Origin: Macrostomum lignano
Taxonomy: Eukaryota
DNA length: 64,000 nucleotides
Direction of reading: 5' to 3'
Assembly (NCBI GenBank): GCA_002269645.1
Contig: NIVC01002442.1
Coordinates: 109,296 to 173,295, forward strand
The notes under the pieces are model-generated. The model was not told where the DNA came from, ran no database searches, and saw only the letters and a program-made list of their open reading frames with translations. Shown in pieces: positions 28,520 through 60,300 of the stretch. The stretch's first letter is position 1; each line of letters starts with the position of its first letter. The position numbers and the translations under genes are program-made.

Positions 28520-31500
28520 AAGCGCCAAGGACTGATGGGTGTCTGTCAGTGTCAGATGCTGAGAGAGTGCCAGGGACTGATGGGTGTCTGTCAGTCCCAG
28601 ATGCTGAGAGAGTGCCAGGGACTGATGGGTGTCTGTCAGTCTCAGATGTTGAGAGAGCGCCAGGGACTGATGGGTGTCTGTCAGTCTCAGATGTTGAGAG
28701 AGCGCCAGGGACTGATGGGTGTCTGTCAGTGTCAGATGCTGAGAGAGTGCCAGGGACTGATGGGTGTCTGTCAGTCCCAGATGCTGAGAGAGCGCCAGGG
28801 ACTGATGGGTGTCTGTCAGTCTCAGATGCTGAGAGAGCGCCAGGGACTGATGGGTGTCTGTCAGTCTCAGATGCTGAGAGAGTGCCAGGGACTGATGGGT
28901 GTCTGTCAGTCTCAGATGCTGAGAGAATGCCAGGGACTCATGGGTGTCTGTCAGTCTCAGATGCTGAGAGAGCGCCAGGGACTGATGGGTGTCTGTCAGT
29001 CTCAGATGCTGAGAGAGCGCCAGGGACTGATGGGTGTCTGTCAGTCTCAGATGCTGAGAGAGCGCCAGGGACTGATGGGTGTCTGTCAGTCTCAGATGCT
29101 GAGAGAATGCCAGGGACTGATGGGTGTCTGTCAGTCTCAGATGCTGAGAGAGTGCCAGGGACTGATGGGTGTCTGTCAGTCTCAGATGCTGAGAGAGCGC
29201 CAGGGACTGATGGGTGTCTGTCAGTCTCAGATGCTGAGAGAGCGCCAGGGACTGATGGGTGTCTGTCAGTCTCAGATGCTGAGAGAGTGCCAAGGACTGA
29301 TGGGTGTCTGTCAGTCTCAGATGCTGAGAGAGCGCCAGGGACTGATGGGTGTCTGTCAGTCTCAGATGCTGAGAGAGCGCCAGGGACTGATGGGTGTCTG
29401 TCAGTCTCAGATGCTGAGAGAGTGCCAGGGACTGATGGGTGTCTGTCAGTCTCAGATGCTGAGAGAATGCCAGGGACTCATGGGTGTCTGTCAGTCTCAG
29501 ATGCTGAGAGAATGCCAGGGACTGATGGGTGTCTGTCAGTCTCAGATGCTGAGAGAATGCCAGGGACTGATGGGTGTCTGTCAGTCTCAGATGCTGAGAG
29601 AGCGCCAGGGACTGATGGGTGTCTGTCAGTCTCAGATGCTGAGAGAGCGCCAGGGACTGATGGGTGTCTGTCAGTCTCAGATGCTGAGAGAGCGCCAGGG
29701 ACTGATGGGTGTCTGTCAGTCTCAGATGCTGAGAGAATGCCAGGGACTGATGGGTGTCTGTCAGTCTCAGATGCTGAGAGAGTGCCAGGGACTGATGGGT
29801 GTCTGTCAGTCTCAGATGCTGAGAGAGCGCCAGGGACTGATGGGTGTCTGTCAGTGTCAGATGCTGAGAGAGCGCCAGGGACTGATGGGTGTCTGTCAGT
29901 GTCAGATGCTGAGAGAGCGCCAGGGACTGATGGGTGTCTGTCAGTCTCAGATGCTGAGAGAGCGCCAGGGACTGATGGGTGTCTGTCAGTCTCAGATGCT
30001 GAGAGAGCGCCAGGGACTGATGGGTGTCTGTCAGTCTCAGATGCTGAGAGAGCGCCAGGGACTGATGGGTGTCTGTCAGTCTCAGATGCTGAGAGAGCGC
30101 CAGGGACTGATTGGTGTCTGTCAGTCTCAGATGTTGAGAGAGTGCCAGGGACTGATGGGTGTCTGTCAGTCTCAGATGCTGAGAGAGCGCCAGGGACTGA
30201 TTGGTGTCTGTCAGTCTCAGATGCTGAGAGAGCGCCAGGGACTGATGGGTGTCTGTCAGTCTCAGATGTTGAGAGAGCGCCAGGGACTGATGGGTGTCTG
30301 TCAGTCTCAGATGCTGAGAGAGCGCCAGGGACTGATGGGTGTCTGTCAGTCTCAGATGCTGAGAGAGCGCCAGGGACTGATGGGTGTCTGTCAGTCTCAG
30401 ATGCTGAGAGAATGCCAGGGACTGATGGGTGTCTGTCAGTGTCAGATGCTGAGAGAGCGCCAGGGACTGATGGGTGTCTGTCAGTCTCAGATGCTGAGAG
30501 AGCGCCAGGGACTGATGGGTGTCTGTCAGTCTCAGATGCTGAGAGAGCGCCAGGGACTGATGGGTGTCTGTCAGTCTCAGATGCTGAGAGAGCGCCAGGG
30601 ACTGATGGGTGTCTGTCAGTCTCAGATGCTGAGAGAGCGCCAGGGACTGATTGGTGTCTGTCAGTCTCAGATGCTGAGAGAGCGCCAGGGACTGATTGGT
30701 GTCTGTCAGTCTCAGATGTTGAGAGAGTGCCAGGGACTGATGGGTGTCTGTCAGTCTCAGATGCTGAGAGAATGCCAGGGACTGATTGGTGTCTGTCAGT
30801 CTCAGATGCTGAGAGAGCGCCAGGGACTGATGGGTGTCTGTCAGTCTCAGATGTTGAGAGAGTGCCAGGGACTGATGGGTGTCTGTCAGTCTCAGATGCT
30901 GAGAGAGCGCCAGGGACTGATGGGTGTCTGTCAGTCTCAGATGCTGAGAGAGCGCCAGGGACTGATGGGTGTCTGTCAGTCTCAGATGTTGAGAGAGCGC
31001 CAGGGACTGATTGGTGTCTGTCAGTCTCAGATGTTGAGAGAGTGCCAGGGACTGATGGGTGTCTGTCAGTCTCAGATGCTGAGAGAGCGCCAGGGACTGA
31101 TGGGTGTCTGTCAGTCTTAGATGCTGAGAGAGCGCCAGGGACTGATGGGTGTCTGTCAGTGTCAGATGCTGAGAGAGCGCCAGGGACTGATGGGTGTCTG
31201 TCAGTCTCAGATGTTGAGAGAGTGCCAGGGACTGATGGGTGTCTGTCAGTCTCAGATGCTGAGAGAGCGCCAGGGACTGATGGGTGTCTGTCAGTCTCAG
31301 ATGCTGAGAGAATGCCAGGGACTGATGGGTGTCTGTCAGTGTCAGATGCTGAGAGAGCGCCAGGGACTCATGGGTGTCTGTCAGTCTCAGATGCTGAGAG
31401 AGCGCCAGGGACTGATGGGTGTCTGTCAGTGTCAGATGCTGAGAGAGCGCCAGGGACTGATGGGTGTCTGTCAGTCTCAGATGCTGAGAGAGCGCCAGGG

Positions 31501-31877
31501 ACTGATGGGTGTCTGTCAGTGTCAGATGCTGAGAGAGCGCCAGGGACTGATGGGTGTCTGTCAGTCTCAGATGTTGAGAGAGTGCCAGGGACTGATGGGT
31601 GTCTGTCAGTCTCAGATGCTGAGAGAGCGCCAGGGACTGATTGGTGTCTGTCAGTCTCAGATGTTGAGAGAGTGCCAGGGACTGATGGGTGTCTGTCAGT
31701 CTCAGATGCTGAGAGAGCGCCAGGGACTGATGGGTGTCTGTCAGTCTCAGATGTTGAGAGAGCGCCAGGGACTGATGCGTGTCTGTCAGTCTCAGATGTT
31801 GAGAGAGCGCCAGGGACTGATGGGTGTCTGTCAGTCTCAGATGTTGAGAGAGCGCCAGGGACTGATGCGTGTCTGTC
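28520..31877. repeat. 45-bp minisatellite (gagagagcgccagggactgatgggtgtctgtcagtctcagatgct), about 74 copies, intronic
   Basis: Direct tandem repeat; it generates the spurious 861-aa and 1206-aa ORFs. Confidence 0.95.
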
Positions 31878-31959
31878 GGTGTGGGGAGTTGGGAGCGTCA
31901 AGGTTCCGCTGTGGTTCTGCACTAAGTGTCTCCTGTACCGCCCGCCGACCTCCAAGCAG

Positions 31960-32147
31960 ACGCGGACAGCACCGCCTGGTCCCGGCGGTCCTCGCTGTCC
32001 ACCCAGGGCCGCGCCTACCCGCAGCTGGGCTACAGGGGCTCGCCGGGGCCCGACAACAGCAACGTGTTCCACCAGCAGTTCAACGTCAGCCGTGAAAATC
32101 CGGTCTTCCGGGGTCAAGGAACTCCGAGGGGTCAACGGGTGCTCTGA
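31960..32147 (+). CDS. Uncharacterised protein, exon 2 (terminal)
   Basis: Acceptor caagcag|AC is phase-compatible with exon 1, giving WTDEF-D-ADSTAWSRRSSLSTQGRAYPQLGYRG...RVL*. Confidence 0.7.
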
Positions 32148-32486
32148 CCAGCTTTGGCCAGTCAGGTGATTGACCTCTGATGTACTTTCTAAAGCCAAAA
32201 CTACAGCGTACTGTACTGTCCGAAAAGTGTTCAGTTGTAACTGTGAAAGCGACCGTACCCGCATTGTCAAACTGCACTCTGCTGAACGTAGACTCACTTT
32301 CAATATTTGATATATTTATATAGTATAATATTTATACTCTCCTGTTGTCCATACTGAGGTTCGACTGGGGTTCAATAATTAAATATATAACAATAAAATT
32401 TTATTTTATATCGTAAATTTCTAATTGTAAACTCGCGAAATTTGCTTTGAAAAAGCTGATTGTAGTTCACAAGTCAATCTGAACAG

Positions 32487-33017
32487 ATGTCACTCTACTC
32501 TGACCAAGATGTCACTCTACTCTGACCAAGATGTCACTCTACTCTGACCAAGACGTCACTCTACTCTGACCAAGATGTCACTCTACTCTGACCAAATATC
32601 ACTCTACTCTGACCAAGATGTCACTCTACTCTGACCAAGATGTCACTCTACTCTGATCAAATATCACTCTACTCTACTCATTCTACTCTGACCAAGAAGT
32701 CATTCTACTCTGACCAAGAAGTCATTCTACTCTGACCAAGAAGTCATTCTACTCTGACCAAATATTACTCTACTCTGACCAAGACGTCACTCTACTCTGA
32801 CCAAATATCACTCTACTCTGACCAAGACGTCACTCTACTCTGACCAAGACGTCACTCTACTCTGACCAAGATGTCACTCTACTCTGACCAAGATGTCACT
32901 CTACTCTGACCAAGATGTCACTCTACTCTGACCAAGATGTCACTCTACTCTGACCAAGACGTCCCTCTACTCTGACCAAGACGTCACTCTACTCTGACCA
33001 AGACGTCACTCTGACCA
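32487..33017. repeat. 22-bp minisatellite (gatgtcactctactctgaccaa) between convergent 3' ends
   Basis: Direct reading. Confidence 0.9.
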
Positions 33018-33375
33018 GGCTCCATCTAGCTTATTTAAATTAAAACAACCCCAGAGACAGCAAATAGCGAATTGAACTCAATAGAAACAGTCTGATGCAT
33101 CTCATTGAATACTTTGAGTAGTATGAGCTACTCGAGCAGACAACCGATACTGTAGAGTCACTTAGACTGCAACTTCAAGCCAATTAAAGTTTATGATAAT
33201 TTGCAGAAGTAAAGCATGACGTCACTGCATTTACGCCATTGGGGGAATCTAAAAATTGTCGCATTCTGAAGAATACAATGAAGGTCGAAGATATCTAGTG
33301 GCAGCGAGTGACAGAAGCGGCTGTACATTGGACAAGTGTCGGTGTCAGCAGTGTATTCGTAGAGCAGAACAAATT

Positions 33376-50991
<17,616 letters not shown>

Positions 50992-51332
50992 AGTTGCACT
51001 GCCTCTGCTGCTAACAAGAGAAGATCTTCTGCTTTCGTGTTCAACCTCTGCGGTGTTGGCGGCGACGATCTTCTTCAATGGTCCGGGCTTCGATTGCTGC
51101 CGCAATTTGCTTCCGCTGGTTTTCCGTTCCGCTCCCGGCTTTCAGCACAGAGGAGGGAGAGGTCGGTGAAGGAGGCAGGGAAAGCGGAGCCGTACACGGA
51201 TTGGAATGCCGGCGCCCGAAGTCCGCAGTGACGCCGAACTGATCCCATTGGCTGCCCGCCCACCCCTCCTCTGCCCCTCCATCTCGCCATGTCCCGCTCG
51301 CTTCTCCTTATCAGCTATTGAGGGCGGGCAGA

Positions 51333-51335
<3 letters not shown>

Positions 51336-51408
<73 letters not shown>
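51336..51408. repeat. (GA)n microsatellite upstream of ARHGEF17
   Basis: Direct reading. Confidence 0.9.
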
Positions 51409-51412
<4 letters not shown>

Positions 51413-52560
51413 TAAAGTCCAGGGCGGTGTGCTGGCTGCAGTTTGGTCAATATTGAAACTGCGGCCCCATAATGTTATTGCTAATTAACAAACACAGAGG
51501 CTTGACAGGGTTCACCTGGCCAGACTGTACCAGGCCCGCAGCTCTTGTCCAGCGAAGGAACAAAAATGTGCCAAATCAACGGCAATCGATCCCGCCCGGC
51601 CACCTGAGTCACGCACGGGCCAGGGAGCCGCTGGCACTTTCAGCTGGCCATAAAAGTCTTGGGCTCAAGAGCAGGGGTCATGTGACCCGGAGGGGTTGAC
51701 GAAACAGGCCGACTTTCTGGTTGGCAAGTTAATTTTTATCCAGCAGCTCTGAGGCCTCAGAGAGCCGGCCAATCCCGCCCCCCCCCGGGTCTCAATCCTG
51801 ACCGGGGGTCAAAATTAGCGCCTGAATGTCGCCATAAAAAGGCCATAAAAATTGACTTAGAATTGCATTGAACGAAGTGATCGAACAGACCGCATTTAGG
51901 CTGGGCGTTCGCTGGCTTCTGATCCGATATGAGCTGATAATTACGAATACAAGAGACTACTATGAGTAGTTTTGGATACGCGAATTCGGAATTGTCAATC
52001 TTTAGCCTACAGGGGTTAATAAAATTTCCATTGTTCTGATACTCCGTGGTCCTTCAAATCCTCGTAGTCAATTTGGATACAGTATTGAAGAAAAAAATTG
52101 TTGAAGGGGCAGTTTTTAGTTGAATTTGGTGCTGATCAAACATCAGCATTTTCTTGAAAAAGTTGTGGAGAGCTGGTCAGCTTCAAACCCATCTACTGAA
52201 TCATCAGGGGTGACCAGCTGGCCTCCGAATCACTTTCAAAACTCTGGTTTATAAGAGTTAAACTTAGTAAATTGTCGTATGTCGTATGTCGGTTTGTCGT
52301 ATGGAGCATTTCAATTCCCAGCTGCACACTTTTGTGTCTGGTCGAGAAGTAGGAGCCCCGAGTATTTGGGAATCTTGAGTTGCAGATCGAATGCAAAACC
52401 GGTTTGGAATATGAAAATAAGCACTTGATGAGTGCCGTAACAGACAAGCAGTATATTTACCGACTAAACAGCTCAAAAATTCAACAACTTCGCAACCAAC
52501 CCATTTGCAACCCAACATGGAGCAATCCCAGCCCCAATAGGGGATAAATTTGCAAGCGTG

Positions 52561-52686
52561 TTAGTTGATCTTCTTCTCCCGGTTCGAAGGCTCATCTCTG
52601 AAGTAGTCTTCGTACAAACAGCGCGGAGTGTTCACCTCCGTGTGGAGAGCGCAGATGAGCAGCAGCATCAGAGCCAGGGATGTGGC
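52561..52686 (-). other. Orphan terminal coding exon (ATSLALMLLLICALH...EKKIN*) of unknown parent gene
   Basis: Branch-like CCTAAC plus a pyrimidine tract and CAG acceptor; 41 GC3-rich codons ending in a KKxx motif. Confidence 0.45.
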
Positions 52687-52724
52687 CTGAGTGATGAGGG
52701 GTGGTTAGGTTGCTTGGGAAACTG

Positions 52725-53340
<616 letters not shown>

Positions 53341-53341
<1 letters not shown>

Positions 53342-53397
53342 TACTCACCGAGTGCTTGGTGCAGAGCTTGGTGCTCAGGTTGAGGATCTCCAGCACG
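53341..53397 (-). pseudogene. Duplicated fragment of the ARHGEF17 exon 9 end plus its donor site
   Basis: 55/57 identical to 41548-41604 and followed by the same (GTCT)n intron start. Confidence 0.85.
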
Positions 53398-53779
53398 TGA
53401 CTCAGTGAGTGACTGGTGCAGTGTGGGTGACTCAGTGAGTGACTGGTGCAGTGTGGGTGACTCAGTAAGTGACTGACCAGGTACTTCTTAAAATAACATA
53501 ACTAGACTGCAGGCTCCCCACACCATTAGTGTGGCAGCCATTCGCAGCTATATGAGCAACAAGGATGTTATGAGGGTTTTAAACACCAACAGCGTGCAAA
53601 AGCGATTAGTTTGGAGACATTGCTGTTAGTTTGGAGACAGTACAATAATTCAGCTTTATGATGAGAATATAAGGCAATAATAGAGAAAAATATTGAATTA
53701 GGGCCAGGCTCTGAACAAACTTGTTTGAGAATAATTACAAGAGCCGGAGAGGGAGGGAGATGGATCAGACTCCTTGACT

Positions 53780-54064
53780 TTGAAAGTTGTCGATTTTTTT
53801 TTCAAGTTGTGCACCGGATCGAACAGCACAAACACAGGTTTGCCTGTTGCTTCGTCTGTGAATGACGGCAACTTGCGGTGTACATGTAGATATTGTCGAT
53901 GACCAGGATCACGACCTTCTCCATCTGTGACAGCTTTGAAGCTGATAGCGTGTGATCAGATGGGAGGCAGATGACATCCTGCTCAAGCATTAGGCACTGA
54001 TGGATAAGATCCAGTAGAATAACACAAGGAGCTCCTCGGAGTACCTCCTGGTGCTCCAGGTCAT
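53780..54064 (-). mobile_element. Decayed, internally deleted P-element/THAP9-like transposase remnant
   Basis: Three frames give TRRYSEELLVLF, ICLPSDHTL...EKVVILVIDNIY and LPSFTDEATGKPVFVLFDPVHNLKK. These match P-family motifs RRYS, LPSxxTL, VxLxxDEIY and D-x-x-H-L-L-K. Confidence 0.65.
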
Positions 54065-54369
54065 ATTTTAAATGTGCACTAGTTGCTACTAACTGCTACT
54101 GATAAGTAGGAAGTTACGTTGAAGTTACGGATGTTGTGAACCTATTCTCTAGCTCTCAGAGCTTCCAAACCTAGTCTAGAAAGTCAACTTCACTGAAACT
54201 TCAAATACTTCACTGAACAACGTAAACCACAGAGCACTGAAATCTCCGTAGCGGCATCACTTTCCGATATGTCTATGACCAAAACCTCTACAGCAGGGAC
54301 AGAAGCTCTAGAACTTGAAACCTCAGCCAAGACAAGCGAGCTCTGTTATTATTCAGTCAGACCAGCATC

Positions 54370-57300
54370 ATGCAGAGCAGTCAGGACGACTTTGGCCCAG
54401 TCGATGCCAGGAACTACCAGCCAATGAAGCACGAGACCTCCGCCGACAGCCGGCACTGCACCTGCGAGCAGCTGTGGCAGGCGAACGTGTCCGAGAGCAA
54501 GGCCTGGCGGCACCCGCTCCGATTCTCGCTCGGGTTCTACTCGCGCCTGTTCCGCAACTCCGGCTTGTACATGTACTTTAGCTACTGCTGCAAGTACGGC
54601 GGCCTGTCCTTCTCCGTGGCCTACTTCACTGTCATGGCGGCGTTCGGCCTGCCGACAGTCATCCTGCTGGCTGCAGTGGGCCAGCACTCGCGCTTCGGCC
54701 CGCTGCGCTGCTGGAGCTTCAACCCGGCGATCCGAGGTTGGTGCCGAGCTCGGCTGAGGGTGCTTGGTGACGAGTAGCGAGACTCTCAGGTCTACTCTTA
54801 GTTAGCAGTAGGTCTCAGCAGGTAGCTGACTGAGATTATGAAGTGTGTGAAATGTGAAGGTCCAGCACCAGGCTTCGAACGTGTTCATTTTATCCACAGA
54901 CGAAATCCTGGACTTTTTTGAAACTTTAGGTAGATAAATTAGCTGCAGTTTTGATAGGATCATAATTTCGTCTGTACAGGGGTTTTCCATGGTGCTGATT
55001 TAGAATTTAATAAGCTTCGTTTTTTGTAGCTTCAACCCAACTGCATGTAGCTTAAACAAAGCTTAAACAAAGCTACCTGCAGTTGGGTTTGGCAAAAAAG
55101 TAGCCTAGAAAAGGGGGTTGTAGCCTAGTGAGGGGTTGTAGCCTAGTGAGGGGTTGTAGCCTAGAAAAGGGGGTTGTAGCCTAGTGAGGGGTTGTAGCCT
55201 AGTGAGGGGTTGTAGCCTAGAAAAGGGGGTTGTAGCCTAGTGAGGGGTTGTAGTCTAGAAAAGGGGGTTGTAGCCTAGTGAGGGGTTGTAGCCTAGAAAA
55301 GGGGGTTGTAGCCTAGTGAGGGGGTTGTAGCCTAGTGAGGGGGTTGTAGCCTAGTGAGGGGTTGTAGCCTAGAAAAGGGGGTTGTAGCCTAGTGAGGGGG
55401 TTGTAGCCTAGTTGTAGGGGGTTGTAGCCTAGTGAGAGGTTGTAGCCTAGAAAAGGGGGTTGTAGCCTAGTGAGGGGTTGTAGCCTAGTGAGGGGTTGTA
55501 GCCTAGTGAGGGGTTGTAGCCTAGTGAGGGGGTTGTAGCCTAGTTGTAGGGGGTTGTAGCCTAGTGAGGGGTTGTAGCCTAGAAAAGGGGGTTGTAGCCT
55601 AGTGAGGGGTTGTAGCCTAGTGAGGGGTTGTAGCCTAGTGAGGGGGTTGTAGCCTAGTTGTAGGGGGTTGTAGCCTAGTGAGAGGTTTATAGCCTAGTTG
55701 TAGGGGGTTGTAGCCTAGTGAGGGGTTGTAGCCTAGTGAGGGGTTGTAGCCTAGTGAGGGGTTGTAGCCTAGTTGTAGGGGGTTGTAGCCTAGTGAGGGG
55801 TTGTAGCCTAGTGAGGGGTTGTAGCCTAGTTGTAGGGGGTTGTAGCCTAGTGAGGGGTTGTAGCCTAGTGAGGGGTTTTAGCCTCCTTAGGAACTTTAAC
55901 TCCGCATTGCTTCAGTTCACCCAGCTCTAAAATGGGTGCCAGCATTAGCTGGGGTAAATGAGGGTGCGTGTGGCGACCCCCCAGTCCTTGGACTGAACAG
56001 CCGTACGCAGCCTTCACATGCGCCACGCAAAACCTGCGGCTGAGCTGTCGGTTGCACATCCGCCCATTAGGGCGGGTGTAATCAATTAATTAATTATGAA
56101 ACCTACAGACAAAATCCTTGCGCAAGAGAGCGGTTAACACCAGCTGGTGAAGAGTGAAACTACTAGAATCTGATCATGGCCTGGCAATCCCATTCAGGTC
56201 TCGGACTGTCCATCCTGCTGGTCAGCGTGCTGCACACGGCGCTCAACATGGTGGTGGCCAGCGAGGGTGTCTACACGGCCATCGTGCTGCTGGAGAGCCT
56301 CGGCCTGCTTAGCGTGGGAGAGCGCAGCAACAGCAGCAACTCACCTCTGCTGAGCGGCTTTTTTGTGAAGCGAATTTACAAGAACCTCAACCTCAGCGAC
56401 TGCCAGCAGCTCGGCCTGAACGAAGTTCACCTCGACTGGGGCATCTGCGGCGAGATCGACGCGAACCGGCAGCGGCACTCCAGCGAGAAGGGGCTGAAAA
56501 ACCACTACCTGTGGAAGCGGGTCGGCATCGTTGACGCCGAAAAGGCTGCGGAGAATTTCGCCGGGCCGAAGCTGATCACCACCGACCTGCTGACTGGCAG
56601 AATGCGGCGCGGCTTCCGGGTCGACTCATCGATGGGGGAGCCGGTACACTGGACTCTGCTCACCTTTGTGTTCACCCTGACCTACTGCTGCCTGCTGCTC
56701 ACGCTGATGGTGGAGCCGAAAACTCTGAGCAGCTGGTTGCACTTCCTTAGCGTCGCGAGCACGGCTTCCCTCGGCGTGGTCTGCATCATCACAGTTTGCC
56801 ACGGCGATGGAAGCAGCTTCTTTGTTGGCCTGATGGAGTTCGTCTCGAGCAGCAAAGGCCTCAGTGTGACCAACAATTTGAGCATTTGGGTGGACGCGAC
56901 AATGCTGGTCATGTGGTGAGTTGTTAAATTGGTCATGTGGTGAGTTGTTCAGTTGGTCATGTGGTGAGTTGTTCAGTTGGTAATGTGGTGAGCTGTCCAA
57001 TAACTTAGCCAAGCCAGGACTTGGAGCAGCTGCAACGGTCTCTGCTCTCTCCATAGATTTTGCTGGCAAGAACTCACACAGATGGCGCCAAAACTCTCCC
57101 GAAACTCCCCAGGAACACCGGCTGCAGCACCGGGGAGCTCATCAACCTGGCCAAGACCAACGCGTTTGGCTACAACTTCATCGGCACCAGCCTCGTCAGC
57201 CTGTCGCTGCACTGCCTGGCCAACTCGCTGCACGTCCTCTGCCAGGAGATCATTCAGGCTGGCGTCAGCAGCAAGGAATCGGACGTGGCGATGCTGTTGA

Positions 57301-60300
57301 AGCCGGAGGCCTTCGGCTACTCGCACATCCTCATGCAGATCCAGCCGTACGTGCTGTCCACCATCAACTCCGGACTCAGTGTCGCCCCGCTGCTGTGCTT
57401 CGCAGTCGGCGAGGTCTGCGACTGCGTCTCCTTCCTCTGTTGCTGCGTGGACTCGCTGGTGGATGTTTGGCCGAGGCTGAAGAACTGGACGGGAGTCCTC
57501 CACCTGCTGCTGTTCTGCCTGCTGATTGCGCTGTGCCTGCCGCTCTGCTTTCAGTATGGCGGCGCCGCTATCTACACCTTCTTGTACAGCTCCTGGGGCT
57601 GGAACTGCGCTCTGCTGCTCACCATGCAGCTGGCGGCCCTCTGGAGCTTCCTTGGACCGGCCGGGGCCACAGTTCTATTCAAGCACCTGGGCCGTGAGAT
57701 TTTCATTCATTTTCTAGATTGGTGGCGGACTGAGCTTGCAGTCCTAGACTGACTCTCTCGAGACTGAGCTTGCATCTAACATCATTAGTTAGATACAAGA
57801 CTGACTCTCTCGAGACTGAGCTTGCATCATTAGTTAGATACAAGACTGACTCTCTCGAGACTGAGCTTGCATCTAACATCATTAGTTAGATACAAGACTG
57901 ACTCTCTCGAGACTGAGCTTGCATCATTAGTAAGATACAAGACTGACTCTCTCGAGACTGAGCTTGCATCATTAGTTAGATACAAGACTGACTCTCTCGA
58001 GACTGAGCTTGCATCTAACATCATTAGTTAGATACAAGACTGACTCTCTCGAGACTGAGCTTGCATCATTAGTTAGATACAAGACTGACTCTCTCGAGAC
58101 TGAGCTTGCATCATTAGTAAGATACAAGACTGACTCTCTCGAGACTGAGCTTGCATCATTAGTTAGATACAAGACTGACTCTCTCGAGACTGAGCTTGCA
58201 TCATTAGTTAGATACAAGACTGACTCTCTCGAGACTGAGCTTGCATCATTAGTTAGATACAAGACTGACTCTCTCGAGACTGAGCTTGCATCATTAGTTA
58301 GATACAAGACTGACTCTCTCGAGACTGAGCTTGCATCATTAGATACAAGACTGACTCTCTCGAGGCTGAGCTTGCATCATTAGTAAGATACAAGACTGAC
58401 TCTCTCGAGACTGAGCTTGAATCATTAGTTAGATACAAGACTGACTCTCTCGAGACTGAGCTTGCATCATTAGTTAGATACAAGACTGACTCTCTCGAGA
58501 CTGAGCTTGCATCATTAGTTAGATACAAGACTGACTCTCTCGAGGCTGAGCTTGCATCATTAGATACAAGACTGACTCTCTCGAGACTGAGCTTGCATCA
58601 TTAGATACAAGACTGACTCTCTCGAGGCTGAGCTTGCATCATTAGATACAAGACTGACTCTGTCGAGACTGAGCTTGCATCATTAGTTAGATACAAGACT
58701 GACTCTCTCGAGGCTGAGCTTGCATCATTAGTTAGATACAAGACTGACTCTCTCGAGACTGAGCTTGCATCATTAGTAGATACAAGACTGACTCTCTCGA
58801 GGCTGAGCTTGCATCATTAGATACAAGACTGACTCTCTCGAGGCTGAGCTTGCATCATTAGTAAGATACAAGACTGACTCTGTCGAGACTGAGCTTGCAT
58901 CATTAGTAGATACAAGACTGACTCTCTCGAGACTGAGCTTGCATCATTAGTTAGATACAAGACTGACTCTCTCGAGACTGAGCTTGCATCATTAGTTAGA
59001 TACAAGACTGACTCTCTCGAGGCTGAGCTTGCATCATTAGATACAAGACTGACTCTCTCGAGGCTGAGCTTGCATCATTAGATACAAGACTGACTCTCTC
59101 GAGACTGAGCTTGCATCATTAGTTAGATACAAGACTGACTCTCTCGAGGCTGAGCTTGCATCATTAGTTAGATACAAGACTGACTCTCTCGAGGCTGAGC
59201 TTGCATCATTAGATACAAGACTGACTCTCTCGAGGCTGAGCTTGCATCATTAGATACAAGACTGACTCTCTCGAGGCTGAGCTTGCATCATTAGATACAA
59301 GACTGACTCTCTCGAGGCTGAGCTTGCATCATTAGATAGATACAAGACTGACTCTCTCGAGACTGAGCTTGCATCATTAGTTAGATACAAGACTGACTCT
59401 CGAGACTGAGCTTGAATCATTAGATACAAGACTGACTCTCTCGAGACTGAGCTTGCATCATTAGATACAAGACTGACTCTCTCGAGGCTGAGCTTGCATC
59501 ATTAGATACAAGACTGACTCTCTCGAGACTGAGCTTGCATCATTAGTTAGATACAAGACTGACTCTCTCGAGACTGAGCTTGCATCATTAGTTAGATACA
59601 AGACTGACTCTCTCGAGACTGAGCTTGCATCATTAGTTAGATACAAGACTGACTCTCGGGACTGAGCTTGAATCATTAGATACAAGACTGACTCTCTCGA
59701 GACTGAGCTTGAATCATTAGATACAAGACTGACTCTCTCGAGACTGAGCTTGCATCATTAGATACAAGACTCTCGAGAGAGACTCTCTCGAGGCTGAGCT
59801 TGCATCATTATTTAGATACAAGACTGACTCTCTCGAGACTGAGCTTGCATCATTAGTTAGATACAAGACTGACTCTCTCGAGACTGAGCTTGCATCATTA
59901 GTTAGATGCAAGACTGACTCTCTCGAGACTGAGCTTGCATCATTAGTTAGATACAAGACTGACTCTGTCGAGGCTGAGCTTGCATCATTAGATACAAGAC
60001 TGACTCTCTCGAGACTGAGCTTGCATCATTAGATACAAGACTGACTCTCTCGAGACTGAGCTTGCATCATTAGTTAGATACAAGACTGACTCTCTCGAGA
60101 CTGAGCTTGCATCATTAGTTAGATGCAAGACTGACTCTCTCGAGGCTGAGCTTGCATCATTAGGCGAAAGATGCAACAGAGCGGGAGTATAATTGGCACT
60201 GTGGTCTTCTCCGTTCTGGAGAAGCTTCTGGAGAAGCTGGTTCAGTTCTTGACGCGCCATCACTGATTGGAATATTTTGCAGTTAACGAGCGGCTCTCCC

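Noticed and set aside
28535-32169. 861-aa, 1206-aa and 324-aa ORFs as real proteins
   Set aside because: They are translations of a 45-bp tandem repeat that lacks stops in two frames, and they lie inside a phase-consistent intron (28398-31959).
57057-57112. SLC6 exon 3 starting at the strong-looking acceptor ctctccatag (57056)
   Set aside because: It would create TG|A, a stop, with the phase-2 donor. The acceptor at 57112 restores the frame and the TM6 alignment.
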